The notes below the pieces were generated by a model that saw only the letters and a list, made by a program, of their open reading frames with translations, did not search any database and was not told the DNA's origin. Below are positions 17,246-26,488 of a DNA stretch of 41,250 nucleotides, one piece after another. This DNA is from Actinomycetota bacterium (lineage in GTDB: Bacteria; Actinomycetota; CADDZG01; JAHWKV01; JAOPZY01): NCBI GenBank assembly GCA_025963875.1, contig JAOPZY010000135.1, forward strand, positions 1-41,250, in the 5' to 3' direction. The translations under genes were made by a program, and so were the position numbers. Position 1 is the stretch's first letter. Each line of letters opens with the position of its first letter.

Positions 17246-18168
17246 AGCGAGCCGAGGTCCTCGCAGCGGGCCTTGATCGCAGCCGCTGCAGCCCGGAGCT
17301 GGTCGAGCTCGGCAGGCTCGAGGTCGAGGGTGACGATCTCTTCCACGCCGCGCCGGCCGAGGCGGGCGGGTACGCCGAGGTAGGTGTCGGAGACGCCGTA
17401 CTCGCCCGACGTCCAGGCCGAGACCGGCATCACCTCCTTGGTGTCGCCGAGGATGGCGTTGGCCATCTTGGCGGCCGCCGACGACGGGGCGTAGTAGGCG
17501 CTCCCCTTCTTCAGCAGGCCCACGATCTCGGCGCCGGCGTTCTGGGTGCGCTTGTACAGCTTGTCAAGCGTCTCAGGGCTGACGAGCTCCGTGAGCGGCT
17601 TGCCGTCGACCGTGGCCTGCCGGGCCAGTGGGACCATCTGCTCGCCGTGGGAGCCCAGCGTCATGGCCTCCACCGCCAGCGGAGAGACCCCGAGCTCGGC
17701 GGCGATGAAGGCGGCCAGCCGGGCCGAGTCCAGCACCCCGGCCATCCCCATCACGCGGGACTTCGGGAAGCCGCTGACCTCGGCGGTCAGGTAGGTCATC
17801 TCGTCGAGGGGGTTGGTGACGACGATGATGACGGCGCCGGGTGAGTGCTCGGCAAGCTTCTTCGTGACGTCGGTGACCACGGCGGCGTTCTTGGCCAGCA
17901 GGTCCATGCGGCTCATGCCCGGCCCCCGAGGGAAACCGGCGGTGATGATCGCCAGGTGGGAGCCCGCGGTGTCCCGGTAGTCGTTGGTCCCGGTGCAGGC
18001 CACCTCGAAGCGCTCGATGGGGGCCGACTGGTTCAGGTCGAGGGCGAGGCCCTGCGGCAGCCCCTCGACGACGTCGATCAGGCAGACGTCGGCGAGCCCG
18101 CGCTGCAGGATCCGCAGTGCCGTGGTCGAACCCACGAATCCCGCACCTACCACGGTGACTTTGGCCAT
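17242..18168 (-). CDS. mdh: Malate dehydrogenase (LDH-like)
   Basis: VVGAGFVG, TAGFPRGPGMSRMDLL, VTNPLD, GVLDSAR, GSHG, GSAYYAP. Confidence 0.95.
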   Translation of the reverse strand: MAKVTVVGAGFVGSTTALRILQRGLADVCLIDVVEGLPQGLALDLNQSAPIERFEVACTGTNDYRDTAGSHLAIITAGFPRGPGMSRMDLLAKNAAVVTDVTKKLAEHSPGAVIIVVTNPLDEMTYLTAEVSGFPKSRVMGMAGVLDSARLAAFIAAELGVSPLAVEAMTLGSHGEQMVPLARQATVDGKPLTELVSPETLDKLYKRTQNAGAEIVGLLKKGSAYYAPSSAAAKMANAILGDTKEVMPVSAWTSGEYGVSDTYLGVPARLGRRGVEEIVTLDLEPAELDQLRAAAAAIKARCEDLGSL

Positions 18169-18171
18169 CGT

Positions 18172-19251
18172 CTACCTCATCGCCGCGATCACGGCGTCGG
18201 CGACGTCAGAGGTGCCGACGGCGGTCGGGTCGGTGCGGGAGGGCTTCATGTCCCACGTGACGCTGACCCCTTCCGCGATGACGGACGCGATGGCCGCCTC
18301 GAGTCGAGCGGCGGCCTCAGCCTCCCCGATGTGGCGGAGCATGAGGACCCCGGAGAGCATCATCGCCATGGGATTGATCCTGTTCAGCCCCGCGTACTTC
18401 GGCGCCGATCCGTGCGTCGGCTCGAACACGGCCACGTCGTCGCCGAAGTTTGCACCCGGTGCGACGCCGAGCCCCCCGACCAGGCCGGCGCCGATGTCGC
18501 TCAGGATGTCGCCGTAGAGATTGGGAAGGACGAGCACGTCGTACTCCTCCGGGCGCGTTACCAACTGCATCGAACAGTTGTCGACAATTCGATCCTGGAA
18601 CTCGATATCCGGGTACTCCTCGGCCACCGCGCGCGCGGTGGCGAGGAACAGCCCATCGGAAAACTTCATGATGTTGGACTTGTGGACCGCCGTGACCTTG
18701 TGCCGGCCATACCGACGGGCATACTCGAAGGCGAAGCGGACGATGCGTCGGCTTTCGGTGACGGAGATCGGCTTGATGGAGATCCCTGAGTCCTCACGGA
18801 TCCGTGGGGCCCCCAGGTCCTCGAGGACGTCGATGAGCTTCAGGGCTTCTGCCGATCCCTCCCGGAATTCGATGCCGGCGTAGAGATCCTCGAGATTCTC
18901 CCGGACGATGACGATGTCCACGTTGTCATAGCGGGACCGCACGCCCTTGTACGTCTTGCAGGGCCGAAGGCAGGCGTAGAGGTCCAGTTCCTTGCGAAGG
19001 GCGACGTTGACGCTGCGGAACCCATGGCCGACCGGCGTGGTGATGGGTCCCTTGATGGCCACCTTGTTGCGCCGGATGGACTCCAGGACCGCCTCGGGCA
19101 ACGGGGTCCCCGCCGACTCGATCACTCCCTCGCCCGCGTGCTGGATATCCCAATCAAAGGCCACGCCGGTCCCCTCGAGCACCCGGCGTGTGGCCTCGGC
19201 AATCTCAGGCCCGGTCCCGTCTCCCGGGATGAGGGTGATCTTGTGGGGCAC
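18172..19251 (-). CDS. icd: Isocitrate/isopropylmalate dehydrogenase family, probably isocitrate dehydrogenase
   Basis: [56 protein letters not shown]; adjacent to mdh; start GTG 19251. Confidence 0.85.
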   Translation of the reverse strand: MPHKITLIPGDGTGPEIAEATRRVLEGTGVAFDWDIQHAGEGVIESAGTPLPEAVLESIRRNKVAIKGPITTPVGHGFRSVNVALRKELDLYACLRPCKTYKGVRSRYDNVDIVIVRENLEDLYAGIEFREGSAEALKLIDVLEDLGAPRIREDSGISIKPISVTESRRIVRFAFEYARRYGRHKVTAVHKSNIMKFSDGLFLATARAVAEEYPDIEFQDRIVDNCSMQLVTRPEEYDVLVLPNLYGDILSDIGAGLVGGLGVAPGANFGDDVAVFEPTHGSAPKYAGLNRINPMAMMLSGVLMLRHIGEAEAAARLEAAIASVIAEGVSVTWDMKPSRTDPTAVGTSDVADAVIAAMR

Positions 19252-19349
19252 GTCGACACCATTCTCTCGTCGTGGATGCCCCGGCAAGATAGCATCACCC
19301 GCCGCCTACCCAGGCGGAGGCTTCAGGGACCTGGGCCCGACGAGCCAGA

Positions 19350-19568
19350 CTACGCCGAGACTGCCTTCGATCGCCGCTGGCGCGTTACCGGCGATGCGTG
19401 AGCGGTGAGCTTGTTGGAGCACGAACCGTGAAATGCGAGACCGAATTCACGGCCGAGACCCCGCGCGCCCTGCTTGCGGACCGCCAGGCGGCCCACCAAC
19501 ACGTCGCCACCAGAGATCGTCTTGCCGCAAAAATCGCACACGTACTCTTCCTTCAAGATAACACCCAT
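19350..19568 (-). CDS. Small (72 aa) putative zinc-binding protein, CxxC...HxxC, basic tail
   Basis: RBS AGAAAGGAAA before ATG; MGVILKEEYVCDFCGKTI...LAFHGSCSNKL...RQRRSK. Confidence 0.65.
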   Translation of the reverse strand: MGVILKEEYVCDFCGKTISGGDVLVGRLAVRKQGARGLGREFGLAFHGSCSNKLTAHASPVTRQRRSKAVSA

Positions 19569-19714
19569 GCCACGTATTTCCTTTCTGTGAGTGACATTCG
19601 CGCGGCCGTTTCCAAACAATGATATACCAACGTCAAGCAACATCCAAAATATCATAATAACTGCGCTAAAGCGTCTAATTAGGGAACAGGCTCTGCGTGA
19701 GCCCACAGAAATGG

Positions 19715-20578
19715 CTAAGAGATGGTGGCTTCGGCTGCCTGCACGGTGTTCGCAAGCAGCATGGCCCGAGTCATCGGACCCACGCCCCCCGGCACCGGTG
19801 TGATCGCACCGGCGACGTTCACAGCACTTTCAAAGTCGACGTCACCGACGAGCTTGCCGTTTGCGGCTCGTGTGATTCCGACATCGATAACGGTAGCTCC
19901 CGGTTTGATGTGCTCCCCGCGCAGCGCGCCGGGACGGCCCGCAGCCACGATGAGAATGTCGGCGGTGCGAGTGAAAAACCCTACGTCCGGAGTGCCGGTA
20001 TGGCACAACGTTACCGTGGCATTGGCATTGGGCGCCTTGCTGGACAGCAGCACAGAAACCGGCCGCCCAACGAGCTGCGAGCGACCCACGACGACGACAT
20101 GCGCCCCGTCCACCCGCGTGCCCGACCGCTCGAGCAGCACCTGAATGCCCAGCGGCGTGCAGGGGACAAAGCGGGGACGTCCGAGGGACAGCAGCCCGGC
20201 ATTCTCCGGATGCAATCCGTCGACGTCCTTCAAAGGATTGAGCGCTTCCTGAGCTGCAACCGCGTCGAGCTGTGGGGGCAACGGCATCTGCACGATGATG
20301 CCGTGCACCGCGGGGTCCCCGTTCAAATCACGGACAAGGTCCATGAGCTCATCCTGGCTTGTGGATGCGGGAAGCCGGTGAACGAATGAGGCCATTCCCA
20401 CCGCGTGCGCGTCTTTTTCCTTGCCGGCAACGTAGGCGGCCGACGCCGGGTCGTCGCCCACGAGGACGGCGGCAAGCCCAGGCGTGACGCCGGAGTCCTG
20501 GAGGTTCCGGACGCGGCTTTGCAGCTCTTCCAGGATCGTTGCGGCGACGGCTTTCCCGTCGATGATCCGAGCTGGCAT
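19715..20578 (-). CDS. folD: Bifunctional methylenetetrahydrofolate dehydrogenase/cyclohydrolase
   Basis: MPARIIDGK, LVGDDPAS, KDVDGLHP, PCTP, GRSQLVGRP, TPVPGGVGPMT (3' part of ORF 19715..22669). Confidence 0.95.
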   Translation of the reverse strand: MPARIIDGKAVAATILEELQSRVRNLQDSGVTPGLAAVLVGDDPASAAYVAGKEKDAHAVGMASFVHRLPASTSQDELMDLVRDLNGDPAVHGIIVQMPLPPQLDAVAAQEALNPLKDVDGLHPENAGLLSLGRPRFVPCTPLGIQVLLERSGTRVDGAHVVVVGRSQLVGRPVSVLLSSKAPNANATVTLCHTGTPDVGFFTRTADILIVAAGRPGALRGEHIKPGATVIDVGITRAANGKLVGDVDFESAVNVAGAITPVPGGVGPMTRAMLLANTVQAAEATIS

Positions 20579-20583
20579 CGGCC

Positions 20584-22089
20584 CTAGTGCCGGAAGTGGC
20601 GGACGCCGGTGAACACCATGGGGATGTCGTGCTCGTCCGCGGCTGCGATGACCTCGGCGTCGCGCACCGACCCGCCCGGCTGGATCACTGCGCGGACCCC
20701 AGCCTTGGCCGCCACGTCCATGTTGTCGCGGAAGGGGAAGAAGCCATCCGACGCCAGAACGCTGCCCATGGCTCGGTCTCCGGCACGCCGGACCGCCATC
20801 TCGACCGCCTCGACTCGGCTTGTCTGGCCCGACCCCATCCCGACGAGCTGGCCCCCGTTGGCGAGGGTCACCGCGTTGGACTTCAGGTGCTTGGCGACGG
20901 TCCAGGCGAACACGAGGTCGTCCCAGTCCTCCTCGCTCGGCTGCACCTGCCCCGCCACGGTCAGCTGGGGCCGTGCTTCGACGGCGGTGTCGATCTCCTG
21001 CACCAAGACTCCGCCGGCCGCCGAGCGGAACTCGGTCCCACGGCCGAAGGGGCGGGCATGGATCACCCGGAGGTTCTTGCGCTGGGCGAACTCGGCGAGG
21101 GCCTCGGGCGTGTAGGACGGGGCGATGACGATCTCGGTCATGATCTCGATGATCCTGCCGGCGGTGGGCCCGTCGATCTCGCGGTTGGCCGCCACGATCC
21201 CGCCGAACGCCGAGCGCCGGTCGGAGTCCAGGGCAAGCCCGTAGGCCTCCTCGACATCGGCGCCCAGTGCGCAGCCGCAGGCGTTCGTGTGCTTCACGAT
21301 GGCGACGGCCGGCCGCTCGAACTCGCACGCAAGCCGCCACGCCGCCTCCAGGTCGAGCAGGTTGGTGTACGACAGCTCCTTGCCGGCGAGGCGCTGCCAG
21401 CCCGGGTCCCCGGTTGCGTAGAAGGCACCGGCCTGGTGCGGGTTCTCCCCGTAGCGCAGCGGGAACTGCTTGCGCAGGGCAAGGTGCAGGGTCTCGGGGA
21501 ACGTCGCCGGCCCCGACAGCCACGTCGCCACCGCGAAGTCGTAGTCGGCGGTATGGGAGAACGCCTCGGCAGCGAGCAGGGCACGGGTCTCGTCCGACAG
21601 CGACCCGCCCCGCGCCTGCATCTCCTCGAGGATGGCGGGGTACCGCGCGGGGTTCACCACGACCGCCACGCTGGGGTAGTTCTTGGCCGCCGCCCGGACC
21701 ATGGCCGGCCCGCCGATGTCGATCTGCTCGAGGGCGGAGTCCTCTGCAGCCCCTGCGGCGACCGTCTCCCGGAAGGGGTAGAGGTTGCACACCACCAGAT
21801 CGATCAGCGGGATGTTCTGGCTCTTGAGCTGCGCAAGGTGCTGCGGCTTGCGCCGGTCGGCGAGGATCCCGGCATGGATGTGCGGGTGGAGGGTCTTGAC
21901 CCTGCCCTCGAGCATCTCCGGAACACCGGTGACATCGGCCACCGGGGTGACGGAAACCCCCGCCCGTGAGAGGAAATGAGCGGTGCGGCCCGTGGAGACG
22001 ATGGTGATCCCCAGCGCGGCGAGGCCACGAGCCAGCTCCTCGAGCCCGGTCTTGTCGCTGACGGAGATGAGTGCCCGGCGGATCCTCAC
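20584..22089 (-). CDS. purH: AICAR transformylase/IMP cyclohydrolase
   Basis: ALISVSDKTG, GRVKTLHP, IDIGGP, LRYGENPHQ, KHTNACG, ASDGFFPF, RHFRH. Confidence 0.97.
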   Translation of the reverse strand: MRIRRALISVSDKTGLEELARGLAALGITIVSTGRTAHFLSRAGVSVTPVADVTGVPEMLEGRVKTLHPHIHAGILADRRKPQHLAQLKSQNIPLIDLVVCNLYPFRETVAAGAAEDSALEQIDIGGPAMVRAAAKNYPSVAVVVNPARYPAILEEMQARGGSLSDETRALLAAEAFSHTADYDFAVATWLSGPATFPETLHLALRKQFPLRYGENPHQAGAFYATGDPGWQRLAGKELSYTNLLDLEAAWRLACEFERPAVAIVKHTNACGCALGADVEEAYGLALDSDRRSAFGGIVAANREIDGPTAGRIIEIMTEIVIAPSYTPEALAEFAQRKNLRVIHARPFGRGTEFRSAAGGVLVQEIDTAVEARPQLTVAGQVQPSEEDWDDLVFAWTVAKHLKSNAVTLANGGQLVGMGSGQTSRVEAVEMAVRRAGDRAMGSVLASDGFFPFRDNMDVAAKAGVRAVIQPGGSVRDAEVIAAADEHDIPMVFTGVRHFRH

Positions 22090-22712
22090 CGGGCGCCCAC
22101 CGGGGATGTGACCTCGACCCGCCGGCCTCTGACCCTGGTGTGACCGGAAACGACGAGGCGGACGGCTTCGGGGTAGAGGCGGTGCTCCACGGCCTTGATG
22201 CGCTTGTGGAGGGTCTCCTCGTCGTCCCCGGGCAGTACCGGGACCGACTCCTGGGCCACGATGGGGCCATGGTCGACGGCCTCGTCGGCGAAGTGCACGG
22301 TGGTACCGGCCACCTTGACCCCCCAGGCGAGGGCGTCGCGGACAGCGTGGGCGCCGGGGAAGGCCGGCAGGAGGGCGGGATGGATGTTGAGGATCCTCCC
22401 CTCGAAGGCTGTGATGAAGCCCGGCGACAGGATGCGCATGAAGCCCGAGAGGCAGACCAGGTCCACGTCGCGCTCCTGCAAGGCGGCGACGAGGGCGTCG
22501 CTGTAGGCCGCACGGCCCGCATGCGGGCCGGGATCGACGAACAGCGCCTCGACACCCGCCCGGTCAGCCACCGCGAGGGCCCCACAGCCCGCCTTGTCGG
22601 CGAGCAGGGCCACGACCCTGGCATCGCCGAGCTCACCGCGGCTGGAAGCGTCCAGCAGAGCGCGGGCATTGGTACCGGCGCCGGAGGCGAGGATGGCGAT
22701 GCGGGTGGTCAC
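22086..22712 (-). CDS. purN: Phosphoribosylglycinamide formyltransferase
   Basis: ILASGAGTN, GFMRIL, NIHPALLPAFPG, DHGPI, EHRLYP. Confidence 0.95.
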   Translation of the reverse strand: MTTRIAILASGAGTNARALLDASSRGELGDARVVALLADKAGCGALAVADRAGVEALFVDPGPHAGRAAYSDALVAALQERDVDLVCLSGFMRILSPGFITAFEGRILNIHPALLPAFPGAHAVRDALAWGVKVAGTTVHFADEAVDHGPIVAQESVPVLPGDDEETLHKRIKAVEHRLYPEAVRLVVSGHTRVRGRRVEVTSPVGAR

Positions 22713-22918
22713 TGTTCCCGAGGATACTCCGCACGGACTCCTTGCTGCCCCGCAGCGAAATTCTACTAAGGGGAGCCTCCGAGGTTGCATGCGGACCGTT
22801 TTCCGCCCGAATTGCTCCGTTTCCGACCAGCCCTGGTCCGAAGTTGGGAGCGAATCGCGCGTAGGCGCGCGCTAGGCTCCCAACCTCCTCCTAACTCCGC
22901 AGTGGGCATGACCGGCGG

Positions 22919-23791
22919 TCAGACGAGGACCCGCGCCACCAGCTGCGCCACCTCGCTCGGGTTCTTCGCCACCGCGACCCCTGCGGCCCGGAAGGCGTCC
23001 GCCTTGGCGGCGGCGGTCCCCTTCGACCCCGAGATCAGGGCACCGGCGTGGCCCATCCGCTTGCCTGGCGGGGCGGTGAAGCCGGCGATGTAGGCGACGA
23101 CCGGGGTCCGCATCCCCTGAGCGACGAACGCCGCTGCCTGCTCCTCCTCGTCGCCGCCGATCTCGCCGATGAGCACGACGGCCCGGGTGCCGGGGTCGGC
23201 CTCGAAGCGGGCCAGGCAGTCGATGAATCCGGTACCGACGATGGGGTCGCCGCCGATGCCCACACACGTCGACTGCCCGATGCCGGCCGCCGTCAACTCG
23301 TGGACGATCTGGTAGGTGAGGGTGCCGGAGCGCGAAACCAGGCCGACCGGGCCGGGGATGCAGATCTCGCCCGGGATGATGCCGAGGTTGGACTCCCCCG
23401 GCGAGATGACGCCGGGGCAGTTCGGACCGATCAGGGTGACGCCGCCGGTGCGCCGGATCTGCGCCCGGACCCTGGCGGTGTCGTTGGCGGGAATGCCTTC
23501 GGTGATGCAGACGATGAGGCCCACCCCTGCGTCGGCGGACTCAAGGACGGCGTCGGCCGCCGCGCGAGCGGGGACGAAGATGACCGAGGCGTTGGCGCGG
23601 GTCGCCGCCACCCCTTCCTCCACGGTGTCGAAGACCGGAATGCCATCGACGTCGGTGCCCCCCTTGCCCGGGGTGACGCCGGCGACGACCTGCGTCCCGT
23701 AGGAGCGGTTGCGCAGGGCGTGGAAGCGGCCCTCACGGCCGGTGAGGCCCTGGACCAGCACGAGGGTCTTTCGGTCGACGAGGATCGGCAC
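22919..23791 (-). CDS. sucD: Succinyl-CoA synthetase alpha subunit
   Basis: [40 protein letters not shown]. Confidence 0.97.
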   Translation of the reverse strand: MPILVDRKTLVLVQGLTGREGRFHALRNRSYGTQVVAGVTPGKGGTDVDGIPVFDTVEEGVAATRANASVIFVPARAAADAVLESADAGVGLIVCITEGIPANDTARVRAQIRRTGGVTLIGPNCPGVISPGESNLGIIPGEICIPGPVGLVSRSGTLTYQIVHELTAAGIGQSTCVGIGGDPIVGTGFIDCLARFEADPGTRAVVLIGEIGGDEEEQAAAFVAQGMRTPVVAYIAGFTAPPGKRMGHAGALISGSKGTAAAKADAFRAAGVAVAKNPSEVAQLVARVLV

Positions 23792-23810
23792 CGGGGCATC
23801 CTAGTATTAC

Positions 23811-23831
23811 CCGGCGCCTTGAGGGGCGCCT
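23811..23831 (+). repeat. 21-bp palindromic dispersed repeat, copy 3 (upstream of sucD)
   Basis: Identical CCGGCGCCTTGAGGGGCGCCT preceded by TATTAC. Confidence 0.85.
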
Positions 23832-23868
23832 CGGGCGGGTGCTCTCCTGCTGGGCCGAATCGAGCGGT

Positions 23869-24840
23869 CTAAGCGAAGGCCACGGCGTGGAGGTCGCCCA
23901 GGTCCTCGGCGACGAGGTCGAAGGATTCCCCCCCGTCGTTCGAGTACCACAGCTCGCCGGTGGTGGTCCCGAACGCCGCTTCGGACGGCACCCGGGGATT
24001 GATGACGAGGCCCCGACGCCGTACGCCGCCCTTCAGATCCTTCACCACCGTCCGGAACCGCCGGCCGGAGTCGGTGGAGAGGTAGAGGTCGCAGCCGGCA
24101 TTGGACTTCCACGTGGACGGCGCACCCTCGGCGGCCGACAGGATGACCCGGTCGGGTTCCGTCGGATGGGCAGCGAGGCCCATGGTGTACTGGCACCGGT
24201 TCGCCTCGCCCATCTGGCGCCACGAGATCCCCTCGTCGTCCGAGCAGAACGCTCCCCCGCTGCCATTGTTGGCGCACCCGGTGGTCACGAACACCCGCTC
24301 GGGCTTGGCCGCAGAGAGCTGGATGGAGTGGACGTCGGGGCACGGGAGGCCGAGGTTGTACCAGCTCTTGCCTCCGTCGCGGGATCGGTAGACGCCGCCC
24401 ACCTGGATGCCGACGTAGATGGTCTTGGAATCCTTGTGGTTGGTGCCCACCGCGGTGACCGCCGCCGCGGCGGCGGGAAGGGAGCCCGCGCCATCGCCGG
24501 CGGTCCACGAGTCGGCCCCCGGCGAGCCCGCCAGGCTCTTGATCGGCGTCCACGACTCGCCGGCGTCCTTGCTCCGCCAGGCCCCGACAGGGAGGCAGCC
24601 CGCGATAAGCCGGCCGCTGCGGGCAAGGGCGAGCGAGGTGACCGCGTCCCCGAGGTCCTTCGCCAGGACCGTTGCGCCGCCCGCGCCGGACCACGCCAGC
24701 ACCTGCCCGTCGGCGGTCCCCGCCAGGACGCCGCCCTCGACGGTCCGCACGAGGCAGAGCACGCGCTGTGTGGACGCCTGCGTGACGTCGCCGTCCTCGT
24801 ACAGACTGAATCCCTTCGAGCCGCCCAGAAACATTCTCAT
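23869..24840 (-). CDS. BNR/Asp-box repeat beta-propeller protein (WD40/YVTN-like)
   Basis: Asp boxes SKDAGESW, SRDGGKSW, SDDEGISW, STDSGRRF, SNDGGESF; no signal peptide; ATGA overlap with sucC. Confidence 0.8.
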   Translation of the reverse strand: MRMFLGGSKGFSLYEDGDVTQASTQRVLCLVRTVEGGVLAGTADGQVLAWSGAGGATVLAKDLGDAVTSLALARSGRLIAGCLPVGAWRSKDAGESWTPIKSLAGSPGADSWTAGDGAGSLPAAAAAVTAVGTNHKDSKTIYVGIQVGGVYRSRDGGKSWYNLGLPCPDVHSIQLSAAKPERVFVTTGCANNGSGGAFCSDDEGISWRQMGEANRCQYTMGLAAHPTEPDRVILSAAEGAPSTWKSNAGCDLYLSTDSGRRFRTVVKDLKGGVRRRGLVINPRVPSEAAFGTTTGELWYSNDGGESFDLVAEDLGDLHAVAFA

Positions 24841-25970
24841 GACTTCGCCGCCTCCACAGCTTGCCGTGCCGCCTCCAACATGCCCGCGGCAGCACGGACT
24901 CTTGGATGGTGCGCTCGGGCGAGGATCTCCCTGCCCTCGGGTGCGTTCGTCCCCTCCAACCGAACGACGATCGGTACCTCCACGTTTGTCCGGCCGAGGG
25001 CCTCGAGGATGCCGTCGGCGACCAGGTCGCAGCGGGTGATCCCCCCGAAGATGTTGACGAGCACGGAGCGTACCGCCGGACCGGCGACGACCACCTCGAG
25101 CGCCTTGGCGAGGGACTCCGCCCCGGCGCCGCCGCCCACGTCCAGGAAGTTGGCAGGCGCGCCGCCCGCCTGGGCAACGACGTCCAGGGTCGACATCACG
25201 AGCCCTGCGCCGTTGCCGATGATGCCCACGTCACCGTCGAGCTTCACGAAATTCAAGCCGGCCTCCGCCGCCATCGCCTCCTGCGGGTCGGGCCGGCCGG
25301 TGCCGCCCTTGAAGGATGCGAAGTCGGGATGACGGAAGAGCGCCGAGTCGTCCAGCGAGACCTTGGCGTCGAGGGCGATCAGGCCGTCCGGCGTGAGTGC
25401 GAGGGGGTTCACCTCGACCAGCGAGGCGTCGGCCTCGACGAACAGGCGGTACAGCAGCGGCAGCAGGCGGGCGGCGTCGGGCCGCGCTCGGGGATCGAGG
25501 CCCGCCCCGAACACCATGCTGCGCACCTGGAAGTCGGCCAGGCCGAGCAGCGGGTCGACGTGGACCGTTGCCATCGAACCCTCGACGGCCGACTCGACTT
25601 CGATGCCACCTCGCGACGAGACCATGAACATCGCCGTGCCGGCACGGCGGTCGAGCGTGACCGCTGCGTAGTACTCGGCATCGATCTGGGAGGCCGCCTC
25701 GACGAGCAGGCGCTCGACGGGGTGGCCGCCGATGTCCATGCCGAGGATGGCTGTCGCTGCCTGCTCGGCATCGTCGGGGGTGCCGACCACCTTCACCCCG
25801 CCGGCCTTGCCACGGCCACCGGTGGCCACCTGCGCCTTGAGGGCCACCTTGCCACCCAGGTCCGCCGCTGCCTGGCGGGCCTCGGCCGGCGTCGAAACGA
25901 CGCGGCCCTCCGGCACGGGGATCCCCCAGCGCGAGAACAGCTCCTTGCCCTGGTATTCGAAGAGATCCAA
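24837..25970 (-). CDS. sucC: Succinyl-CoA synthetase beta subunit
   Basis: (M)DLFEYQGKELF, GGRGKAGGV, EVNPL, GNGAGLVM, NFLDVGGG, NIFGGI, RLEGTN; TTG start. Confidence 0.96.
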   Translation of the reverse strand: MDLFEYQGKELFSRWGIPVPEGRVVSTPAEARQAAADLGGKVALKAQVATGGRGKAGGVKVVGTPDDAEQAATAILGMDIGGHPVERLLVEAASQIDAEYYAAVTLDRRAGTAMFMVSSRGGIEVESAVEGSMATVHVDPLLGLADFQVRSMVFGAGLDPRARPDAARLLPLLYRLFVEADASLVEVNPLALTPDGLIALDAKVSLDDSALFRHPDFASFKGGTGRPDPQEAMAAEAGLNFVKLDGDVGIIGNGAGLVMSTLDVVAQAGGAPANFLDVGGGAGAESLAKALEVVVAGPAVRSVLVNIFGGITRCDLVADGILEALGRTNVEVPIVVRLEGTNAPEGREILARAHHPRVRAAAGMLEAARQAVEAAKS

Positions 25971-25987
25971 ATGAGTCCCCGGCGTCC

Positions 25988-26407
25988 TTAAGGCTGGGAG
26001 GGCCGGTCGACCGTGTGGTGCAGCCACGCGATGATCTCGGCGGTGTTGGTACCCGGCGTGAAGATCTCGGCGATGCCCGCAGCCTTCAGCGGCGCCACGT
26101 CCTCCGCAGGGATGATGCCGCCGCCGAAAATGGGGATGTCGCCTGCCCCCTTCTCGGCGAGCAGCTGCACGACCCGTGGGAACAGCACCATGTGAGCGCC
26201 GGACAGGCAGGAGAGACCCACCGCATCCGCGTCCTCCTGGAGGGCCGCCTCGGCGATCTGTTCCGGCGTCTGGTGCAGCCCGGTGTAGATCACCTCGAAA
26301 CCAGCGTCGCGGAGCGCCCTCGCCACTACCTTTACCCCCCGGTCATGCCCGTCCAGCCCCGGCTTTGCCAGGACGATGCGGATCCGGCTCCCCTCGACAC
26401 GTGCCAC
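25988..26407 (-). CDS. Cobalamin B12-binding domain protein (methylmalonyl-CoA mutase C-terminal/small subunit)
   Basis: [11 protein letters not shown] (DxHxxG), [20 protein letters not shown]. Confidence 0.92.
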   Translation of the reverse strand: MARVEGSRIRIVLAKPGLDGHDRGVKVVARALRDAGFEVIYTGLHQTPEQIAEAALQEDADAVGLSCLSGAHMVLFPRVVQLLAEKGAGDIPIFGGGIIPAEDVAPLKAAGIAEIFTPGTNTAEIIAWLHHTVDRPSQP

Positions 26408-26488
26408 TAGAAGACCCCGGACCCGACTCCACTGAGGGGCTTCACCCGCCGGAACCGCAAGGGAACCACACTAGTCGAATTTGCCGGC

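Noticed and set aside
20579..22669. Apparent 984-aa FolD fusion
   Set aside because: The upstream part is an alternative frame over purH/purN; FolD begins at 20578.
22843..22884. Integron attC site
   Set aside because: The ends read GTT...AAC, the reverse of the AAC...GTT order of attC, and there is no integrase or cassette array.
22713..22918. ZMP/ZTP (pfl) riboswitch upstream of purN-purH
   Set aside because: Expected conserved segments (GACUGGCG...GGUGG, CGCCUGGGC) were not found on the minus strand.
1175..23831. CRISPR array from the 21-bp repeat
   Set aside because: Copies are over 10 kb apart, with no spacer periodicity and no cas genes.
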